DNA of 32,000 nt from Bacteroidota bacterium (GCA_947479755.1 CANKAM010000003.1:1-32000); one strand, 5' to 3'. Shown: positions 1-5,825, counted from the stretch's first letter. Notes: generated by a model not told the origin, from the sequence alone. Numbers and translations: made by a program.

Positions 1-129
1 CTCTACGAAATTCTACAGATTTTGAGCATCTCAATTTTTGAGAAAACGCCCATAAACCAACTGTTTCAAGAAACTCAATTACAATATTTCAAAGAACAAA
101 ATCCTAATCAATTGAAAATGTGGGACTAA
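1..129 (+). CDS. 3' end of an ORF truncated by the window edge, product unknown
   Basis: Frame 1 is open from base 1 and reads ...LYEILQILSISIFEKTPINQLFQETQLQYFKEQNPNQLKMWD to TAA at 127-129. It is convergent with the DGQHR gene. No family recognised. AT-rich like its neighbour. Confidence 0.25.
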   Translation, partial: LYEILQILSISIFEKTPINQLFQETQLQYFKEQNPNQLKMWD

Positions 130-156
130 TATCAAAACGCTAATGATTTTACAATA

Positions 157-1599
157 TTATTTTTTTCTGCTGGGCAGACCTAATTTCCATCTGATCATAT
201 CAGCTATTATAGGATAGATATCATTGTGCTTTGCTCCAAATCTGAATGTTTTTGCATTGGGATCAAATGCACCTAAATCTCTATTTTTTCCTTCATCATC
301 AGTTGGTAAATATTCTTTCAATTCAACAAGTCCTTCATTGATTTTTTCCTCATCAGTAAACGTGTAAAATCGCCACATTGCATTTGTATGGGAAAAATCT
401 ACGTTAAGAATATCCTCTGTTAATTTTCTTTGATTTTCTTTTGTTTTTAGCTCTTCATTCCTGCCAAAGAAAAAATCAAAATACAACTTAGCAATAGCCT
501 TCAATAAAACTGGTTGAGCAGCGACAGTTGTAAGTTTTGAATTTTCACTAGTAATACCAGGTAGATTTAAAACTGTATCCCAATATTTCTCAGCTCCTGC
601 TACTCTACTGTCAATAATAGCAGGTAAGGCTCCGTTAATATTGGTTTTGTTTAAAAGTAGAATTGCATTTATTGCAACCAATTCTTTACGACTTAAGCCG
701 CCTTTACCCCAGTCTGATTGATCTTTTTCTTGTACATCAAAATTAGCAGAATCAAATTTATCATCAACTAATACATTTTTAATAAATTGATTAATAGGGT
801 TTGATGAATCAAATTGAAATGCTAATGATTTTTCAACTTTCTTAGTAAGATTATTTAAATCATGAAACAGCTGTTTTTCCTGATCAAGTTCTAAACCCAA
901 GTGAACATCGAGAGTAACAGTACAATATTTTAATGCTTCTAAACAATCAACCCAAACCGCTAATTCATCTGATGATAATTCTTCTTTATTTGTTGATGGA
1001 AATAAAGAAGCTTTTGAAGGATACTTATGAAATGTGGTTACATGTTTCAAAAAATCCAAAACTATTTCTGCTGCTTTTCTTCTATGTTGACCATCTACGA
1101 TCCATAAAGTATCTCCTTGATTTAAAAATATTTTATACGCTATGGTTTCAGAATCAATCGTTGTCAATGTGATAACTCTGAGATTTGTGCCATTGGGTTT
1201 GCAGTTTCTGAATGAAGCAACAATAGGGGCTATTGAAAAATATGGTTGGTTTCCTACAGTATTTATTATTTCATTTATTTTTTCATTTTCACTTGCTTCA
1301 ACTCCCTGGTTTAATCTTTTTCTACGTGCGGCACCTAGTAATCCCTTTAGAATATATTTAGCTAAGGAAGTTGCATGCGGTAGATTTAAACTTCTCTGAG
1401 AAACTCCACTTGAATTTTTTGATTGATCATTTGCTACTTCTGTAAATTGCATTAGGTCAAATAATGACATATGAATGGTAAATATTTTATTACCGCAATT
1501 TACACCAACGAATGTTTTAATTGGTTTTCCTGATGAGTTTTGATTTGATAACGCTTCTTCAAGAGTTACAAATTCACTTGAGATTGATTTTGTAGTCAT
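157..1599 (-). CDS. DGQHR-domain protein (DndB-like, ParB/Srx-type nuclease superfamily)
   Basis: ORF track 157..1653. Contains WIVDGQHRRKAAEIV (DGQHR signature) and, downstream, QLFHDLNN (DndB-type QxFxDxN). Start moved to Met19 (ATG at 1597-1599): the first 18 codons (MNYSYLLCSHINQLIINK) overlap a -7-like box (reverse complement TTACTTTG at 1631-1638) and look non-protein-like. AT-rich codon usage unlike the rest of the window. Confidence 0.8.
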   Translation of the reverse strand: MTTKSISSEFVTLEEALSNQNSSGKPIKTFVGVNCGNKIFTIHMSLFDLMQFTEVANDQSKNSSGVSQRSLNLPHATSLAKYILKGLLGAARRKRLNQGVEASENEKINEIINTVGNQPYFSIAPIVASFRNCKPNGTNLRVITLTTIDSETIAYKIFLNQGDTLWIVDGQHRRKAAEIVLDFLKHVTTFHKYPSKASLFPSTNKEELSSDELAVWVDCLEALKYCTVTLDVHLGLELDQEKQLFHDLNNLTKKVEKSLAFQFDSSNPINQFIKNVLVDDKFDSANFDVQEKDQSDWGKGGLSRKELVAINAILLLNKTNINGALPAIIDSRVAGAEKYWDTVLNLPGITSENSKLTTVAAQPVLLKAIAKLYFDFFFGRNEELKTKENQRKLTEDILNVDFSHTNAMWRFYTFTDEEKINEGLVELKEYLPTDDEGKNRDLGAFDPNAKTFRFGAKHNDIYPIIADMIRWKLGLPSRKK

Positions 1600-1660
1600 T
1601 TTGTTTATGATTAATTGGTTTATATGGCTGCAAAGTAAATAAGAATAATTCAAATATAAT

Positions 1661-1770
1661 AATCCTGGATGTAAATATATTAAACCCTGGATGTAAATAT
1701 CTGAAATCCAATTATAAAAAATTAAATTACCTGGGTGTATTATTTATTTATCCTGGGAAATATCTCTATT
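1661..1770. repeat. Four phased direct repeats, CCTGGATGTAAATAT type, on a 22-bp register
   Basis: CCTGG starts at 1664, 1686, 1730 and 1752, giving spacings of 22, 44 and 22 bp. Copies 1 and 2 share the identical 15-mer CCTGGATGTAAATAT. Copies 3 (CCTGGGTGTATTATT) and 4 (CCTGGGAAATATCTC) are degenerate. They sit immediately upstream of the DGQHR gene start. Confidence 0.7.
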
Positions 1771-1897
1771 CTCCTCCAAGTAATCCATTTCCAAATCCAA
1801 CAAAAATTCAATATCCCTTTTCCTTCTTATTAAAAGCAATCCCCTTACCCCACCCTCCTCTGTAACCACCACCACCTAATTTTGAGTAAAGATTTCC

Positions 1898-2235
1898 CCG
1901 TTGTAACCGTTACAACGGCTTTTCCAAAATCGCTACCCCCTCCATAACGGTTATCAAATAGAATCCGCAATCCGACTCGATGCTATAACGGTTATGGCCA
2001 ATCCCAGATAATCCGACTCGCCTCCATAATGGTTATGGAGCAGAATCCGCAATCCGACTCGATGCCATAACGGTTATGGCCAATCACGGATAATCCGACT
2101 CGCCTCTAACAACGGTTATGGAGTAGAATCCGTAATCCGATTCGATGCCATAACGGTTATGGCCAATCACGGTCAATCCGATTCTCCTCCATAACGGTTA
2201 TGGAGGAGAATCCCAAATCCGACTCGCTTCCATAG
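1898..2235. repeat. Array of eight odd palindromes (core CCATAAC-G-GTTATGG) at 41-bp spacing; two alternating unit types give an 82-bp super-period
   Basis: Palindrome centres are at 1908, 1949, 1990, 2031, 2072, 2114, 2155 and 2196, giving spacings of 41, 41, 41, 41, 42, 41 and 41. Perfect arms: 10 bp at 1898-1918 (CCGTTGTAAC C GTTACAACGG), 8 bp at 2064-2080 and 2147-2163 (GCCATAAC G GTTATGGC), and 16 bp at 2180-2212 (GATTCTCCTCCATAAC G GTTATGGAGGAGAATC). Each unit also carries AATCCGACTCG (starts 1969, 2010, 2051, 2092, 2134, about 2175, and 2216). Confidence 0.9.
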
Positions 2236-2267
2236 CCAAAACCGGTGTTCATGTCATTATTATAGGT

Positions 2268-2640
2268 GTTGCAGAAAAATATTTTTTGTGCTGAACAATA
2301 AATGAAATGTGGCTGCGTTAATATAAGTAGAGATGCTTCGACAAGCTCAGCATGACATCAACAAAAAAAATAATTTACATGCTACACAATAAATAAAAAT
2401 AACAGGCGTTACTAATAATAGATGCTTCGACAAGCTCAGCATGACAACAACCGAAAAAATAATTTACATGCTACACAATAATAAAATAAAAGCTGCGTTA
2501 ATAAGATATACAGGCATCAGATTACTGAACATAAAAAAAGGGAATAAAAAAATATTTTTTGCTCTACACAATAAATAAAAAACAACAGCGTTAATACTAT
2601 TAAAGATAAGGGCGACTGCCCTCACTAAAAGAAAACTAAA
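2268..2640. repeat. Four tandem ~90-bp AT-rich units (promoter-like A/T palindrome + CTACACAATAAATAAAA + GCGTTAATA + short hairpin)
   Basis: The ACAAT core starts at 2295, 2386, 2475 and 2568 (periods 91, 89, 93). GCGTTA is at 2315, 2406, 2495 and 2588. Units 1 and 2 end with the identical REP-like 27-mer AGATGCTTCGACAAGCTCAGCATGACA (2330-2356 and 2420-2446). Unit 4 ends with the hairpin AGGGC-GACT-GCCCT (2608-2622) and runs into the CA-rich leader of the 2680 ORF. Units 1 and 4 carry AAAAATATTTTTTG (one mismatch to TAnnTTTG). Confidence 0.8.
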
Positions 2641-2679
2641 CAATTAAGTTACAAAACAAAAACAAACAAAACAATCAAA

Positions 2680-3666
2680 ATGAGCACACCAGTTTTTTCT
2701 TTCACAGAAAACCCGTTTGATAACGGAACAAAAACCAGCAAAAAGAAAATGAACATTATAGCCGGAGACCATGTAAGTAAATTACATTCTCAAATGGCTA
2801 ACCCGCTTATCGCGGTGCTGTATGCCTTCTTCAATCCCATCCGGCAAAACTTCCTCAATAAATATTCGCAATGGATATCCGTGTCTGCTGCATATCATGG
2901 AGCCACGGTGGCTTTGGAGTTGCTGATGGCTCAGCTGAGGGGAGATAAGATAGAGGACTTTGATATACGTGTGCAGGTTGTTTATAAAAGAGGAACACCA
3001 CAATATGCTGCCTTGTTTCCTAACTTCCGTATTCCTTTTCAATCGGGCGGGTATGATGAAAGAATAGCCAAGCTCAAAGCGCTGGGCGAAGGGATGGATG
3101 TTGACCCTGCGTTTGCACTCATTAAAGCAGATGTGGATGCTTTTTACTTACTTATTTTTAATGCCCGTGATGCGCAGCAGGACCTGGAAGGATCAAAACA
3201 ATTTGTTTCAGATGAACTGGAGTTGCTGAGAATAGTTACTGCACAGGCGATGTATTATACACTGGGCGGATTGATGCAGGTGTTCAGCGTAAATACATTT
3301 CAGATTACCATGTTCTATGACCTTGAAACCCTGCGCGGACATATAACAGATACCATTGACCTGATCTTTGACGGTCCTGCAAATGGCAACACCATTGTAA
3401 ACGTGCTTGGCCCTGATGTATTACAATATCTTGCCGGTGTTACCCTGCGCATAAAAAACACAACAGCCGGTCCTGCTATTGGCGGCTTGTTTTTCTACGC
3501 TGCCGATAACGCTACTGACGGCTGGAACGGTCTTGGTCAGCAACTGAACCCCGGTGAGGAGGCTATCATCACACTCACTGCTGCACAATTCAGAGCATTC
3601 TTTAATGTGCAGAACCAGGGGCCAAATTTGCAGACTTACGAGGTGGAGATTATGTTGCCTGAGTAA
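2680..3666 (+). CDS. Hypothetical protein, 328 aa, no family recognised (helical N-terminal ~220 aa, beta-rich C-terminal ~100 aa; no signal peptide)
   Basis: ORF track. Long clean ORF with the base composition of the host part of the window. Preceded by the unstructured leader ACAAAACAAAAACAAACAAAACAATCAAA-ATG, typical of well-translated Bacteroidota genes. A terminator lies downstream at 3826-3872. Confidence 0.7.
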   Translation: MSTPVFSFTENPFDNGTKTSKKKMNIIAGDHVSKLHSQMANPLIAVLYAFFNPIRQNFLNKYSQWISVSAAYHGATVALELLMAQLRGDKIEDFDIRVQVVYKRGTPQYAALFPNFRIPFQSGGYDERIAKLKALGEGMDVDPAFALIKADVDAFYLLIFNARDAQQDLEGSKQFVSDELELLRIVTAQAMYYTLGGLMQVFSVNTFQITMFYDLETLRGHITDTIDLIFDGPANGNTIVNVLGPDVLQYLAGVTLRIKNTTAGPAIGGLFFYAADNATDGWNGLGQQLNPGEEAIITLTAAQFRAFFNVQNQGPNLQTYEVEIMLPE

Positions 3667-3668
3667 TA

Positions 3669-3730
3669 ACACTTCGACAGGCTCAGTGTGACTACGGTGT
3701 AGGGGTCATCCTGAGCTTGTCGAAGGAGTG
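3669..3730. repeat. REP-like inverted pair forming a long hairpin (CTTCGACAGGCTCAG ... CTGAGCTTGTCGAAG)
   Basis: 3672-3686 pairs with 3711-3725 over 15 bp with one G-T wobble. Same family as the single copies at 2330-2356 and 2420-2446. Confidence 0.75.
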
Positions 3731-3734
3731 TGAT

Positions 3735-3810
3735 GGTAAATAAATGAGTATTGATATACTGTTGTCTGCTAAACAACAGCGCTAAGGGCGGCCCCTAAAA
3801 AAACTAAACC
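3735..3810. repeat. Fifth, degenerate copy of the ~90-bp unit, downstream of the 328-aa ORF
   Basis: GGTAAATAAATGA (compare unit 1, ACAATAAATGAAA). 3771-3809, AAACAACAGCGCTAAGGGCGGCCCCTAAAAAAACTAAAC, shares the exact strings AACAACAGCG, TAAGGGCG and AAACTAAAC with 2578-2641 of unit 4. Confidence 0.5.
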
Positions 3811-3825
3811 CGGGTTGCACTTACA

Positions 3826-3872
3826 AAAAGCCCCTTAGCTCTACAACGGTAGAGCGGGGGGTTTTCTTTTTT
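3826..3872. terminator. Bidirectional intrinsic terminator between convergent genes
   Basis: AAAAAGCCCC-TTA-GCTCTAC-AACG-GTAGAGC-G-GGGGG followed by TTTTCTTTTTT on the + strand. The complementary strand has the same stem followed by CTTTTTG. Confidence 0.6.
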
Positions 3873-3947
3873 CGTCATTGCGAGGGTTTTTCACCCGAAG
3901 CAATCTGTTTCAAATTGTGAGATTGCTTCGCTTCGCTCGCAATGACG
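3873..3947. repeat. REP-like long hairpin (CGTCATTGCGAG ... CTCGCAATGACG family)
   Basis: 3873-3884 pairs with 3936-3947. An inner stem CGAAGCAATCT / AGATTGCTTCG is also present. It abuts the stop codon of the cyclase gene and is followed by TTTTT on the + strand. Confidence 0.7.
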
Positions 3948-3950
3948 TTT

Positions 3951-5744
3951 TTATTTCACCTCCACAAAATACATCTCCACTTCACCCTTGCCCTTTGCTT
4001 TTATTTTTCCGCGCGTTGTGCAGTTGAATTTCTTTTTCACCAGTTCATACGTAGCACCTGAGATATTTATTTTTCCTGCTTCGCCACTGCTTTCCATGCG
4101 CGATGCGGTGTTTACGGTATCGCCCCAGATATCGTAAGCAAACTTTTTAGTACCTACCACTCCGGCAACCACAGGTCCGGTATGTATTCCAATGCGTACA
4201 TCAAAAAAGTGCTGCTTCTTTTTCTGGCGTTCTTTTTTCAGCTTGTTCAGAAAGTCAAGCATTTCAATTGCTGCTTTAATAACATCAACAGCATTGGTTT
4301 TATTAGCTGTTGGCAAGCCTCCGGCACACATGTAGCTGTCACCGATTGTTTTTATTTTCTCTACATTATACTTTGGCAATATGCGGTCGAACGCACCAAA
4401 GATCATATCCAGTTCACTTACCAATTCCTCGGCTGATAATTTTTCGGCCTGCTCGGTAAAGCCTTTGAAATCCGTAAAAAGAACGCTTACCATTTTGTAT
4501 TTGCGCGGAGCAACACGTGCATTTTTCTTCAACTCTTCGGCAACCTCAGCAGGAAGAATATTCAGCAACAACTCATCTGACTTGCGTTTTTCTTCAGTAA
4601 TAACTTTGCTCTGCTTTTGAATTTTATCGTTCTTCTTTTTCAGCTCAACGTTGCGCAGTTTAAAAATCTCTGCTTCTCTGCGGCTCTTTTCTGTTTCGTA
4701 TCCTGTTACCAGTTCATTAAGTCTGTTGCGCGCTTCCTGACTGAACAGTTCATCGTGCAACTGAAAAAATTTCAGATGGTTTTTGTAGGCTTCTTCATAA
4801 TCACCAACCTTTGCATAACTCTGCGAAATCTCTTTGTAAATATCTTTTTCAAGAGGTTTTGCATTGGAGTTGGCAATCAGGTCTAAGGCAATTTTCTGAT
4901 ACTTCACCGCATTCTTCTGGTCCCCTTTTGCGCGATACAGATTTCCGATATTACTGTAAGTTGATGCAATGCCTTTGGTATCGCCAATGCTTTCTTTCAG
5001 CATTACCGATTTCATAAAATACTTGAGCGCATCATCAAATTTTCCCTGCTTCTCATAAACTAATCCAATGTTGTTGGTAATGAGCGAGAGGTTTTTTTTG
5101 TCACCAATTCCTTCAGCAATTTCCAGCGCTTTTTTGTTGTATTCAATTGCTTTGCTGTCGTTACCTGTTTGCCTGTGAATGTTGGCAATATTGCCCAACA
5201 CCATTATCAACCCTGAGGTTTCTTTTGCTTTGTTATTTATCTCCAATGCTTTTTCAAAATACTGAAGCGCTTTGTTAAACTCGCCCTGCACTTTATACAA
5301 TACTCCCAGGTTGTTATTGGCCGATGCCATTCCTTTCTTGTCATCAATCTCTTCAAATATTTTAAGGGCTTGCATGTGGGCATCCAGCGAGCCGTCCATG
5401 GAGCCTTTGCTCTTGTTCACCACTCCGCTGGCATTAAGCGATTCGGCCATCTGCTTTTTCATCTTCAGCCCCGAATAATAATCGCTGGCTTTATGCAAAT
5501 GGTCAAGAGCAGAGTTGATATTGCTTTGATTGAAATAGGCAATACCTAAATTATAATGACATTCGGCTGCGCCTTTTTTGTAACCCTTTTTTTCGGATTG
5601 AGCTAAAGCTGCAAGAGCCAGTTCAATGCTTTGTGCCGCATTTTCCTGACGCAGTTGTATGGCCTGTTTAATAAGCCCGTCAACATCAGGGCTTGTTTTC
5701 TTTATCACGGGTTTCAGATATACCTTCTTTTCTGTCATAAACAT
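3951..5744 (-). CDS. TPR-repeat sensor fused to a class III adenylate/guanylate cyclase domain
   Basis: The N-terminal ~330 aa are TPR repeats (NLGVLYKVQGEFNKALQYFEKAL and similar), followed by a coiled coil. The C-terminus carries FTDFKGFT...IKTIGDSYMCAGGLP...VRIGIHTGPVVAGVVGTKKFAYDIWGDTVNTASRMES, the classic class III cyclase motifs. Confidence 0.9.
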   Translation of the reverse strand: MFMTEKKVYLKPVIKKTSPDVDGLIKQAIQLRQENAAQSIELALAALAQSEKKGYKKGAAECHYNLGIAYFNQSNINSALDHLHKASDYYSGLKMKKQMAESLNASGVVNKSKGSMDGSLDAHMQALKIFEEIDDKKGMASANNNLGVLYKVQGEFNKALQYFEKALEINNKAKETSGLIMVLGNIANIHRQTGNDSKAIEYNKKALEIAEGIGDKKNLSLITNNIGLVYEKQGKFDDALKYFMKSVMLKESIGDTKGIASTYSNIGNLYRAKGDQKNAVKYQKIALDLIANSNAKPLEKDIYKEISQSYAKVGDYEEAYKNHLKFFQLHDELFSQEARNRLNELVTGYETEKSRREAEIFKLRNVELKKKNDKIQKQSKVITEEKRKSDELLLNILPAEVAEELKKNARVAPRKYKMVSVLFTDFKGFTEQAEKLSAEELVSELDMIFGAFDRILPKYNVEKIKTIGDSYMCAGGLPTANKTNAVDVIKAAIEMLDFLNKLKKERQKKKQHFFDVRIGIHTGPVVAGVVGTKKFAYDIWGDTVNTASRMESSGEAGKINISGATYELVKKKFNCTTRGKIKAKGKGEVEMYFVEVK

Positions 5745-5754
5745 TAAAAATAAA

Positions 5755-5785
5755 TTGTACTCAATGCCGCTTTCCTTTACTTTTG
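5755..5785 (+). promoter_or_regulatory. Bacteroidota-type promoter candidate for the 5850 lipoprotein gene
   Basis: Exact TAnnTTTG box TACTTTTG at 5778-5785, with TTG at 5755-5757 (20-nt spacer). About 65 nt upstream of the ATG. Confidence 0.4.
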
Positions 5786-5817
5786 CAGCGGATTAAACCA
5801 ATTCATTTTATCAAAGT

Positions 5818-5825
5818 CAAAAGTA
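5818..5825 (-). promoter_or_regulatory. Bacteroidota-type -7 box candidate for the cyclase gene
   Basis: + strand CAAAAGTA, reverse complement TACTTTTG (exact TAnnTTTG), about 75 nt upstream of the start at 5744. Together with the + strand box this would make the divergent 5' UTRs overlap slightly. Confidence 0.3.

Noticed and set aside
933-1399. + strand ORFs 933..1172 and 1142..1399
   Set aside because: They lie entirely antisense within the DGQHR gene and translate to low-complexity, AT-biased sequence (runs of L/F/I/K). They are spurious.
1898-2235. CRISPR array interpretation of the 41-bp periodic palindromes
   Set aside because: The inter-palindrome segments are themselves conserved (AATCCGACTCG recurs in every unit), so they are not unique spacers. 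The unit types alternate, and no cas genes or leader are visible in the window.
2379-2580. Mini-ORFs inside the 90-bp units (MLHNK-stop in unit 2, VLNNK-stop in unit 1, a 36-codon read-through in unit 3)
   Set aside because: The start codon and stop position are not conserved between units, so conservation is at the nucleotide level. There is no supporting translation signal.
1898-2640. Chromosomal oriC / DnaA-box cluster
   Set aside because: Only partial resemblances to TTATCCACA exist (for example CACGGATAA, 6/9). There is no dnaA/dnaN context and no exact boxes.
1898-2680. Type III toxin-antitoxin (ToxI-like tandem RNA repeats upstream of a toxin gene)
   Set aside because: The 41-bp array lies ~450 bp from the next ORF, separated by a different repeat system. 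The 328-aa ORF is about twice the size of ToxN-type endoribonucleases as I recall them, and I see no shared motif. This cannot be fully excluded without RNA data.
2782-3672. Minus-strand ORFs 2782..3042 and 3421..3672
   Set aside because: They are antisense inside the longer 328-aa ORF and contain no motifs. The longer ORF has the leader and the terminator.
4182-5478. + strand ORFs inside the cyclase gene (4182, 4381, 4617, 4811, 5272)
   Set aside because: They are antisense to a gene with unambiguous class III cyclase and TPR motifs. They are artefacts.
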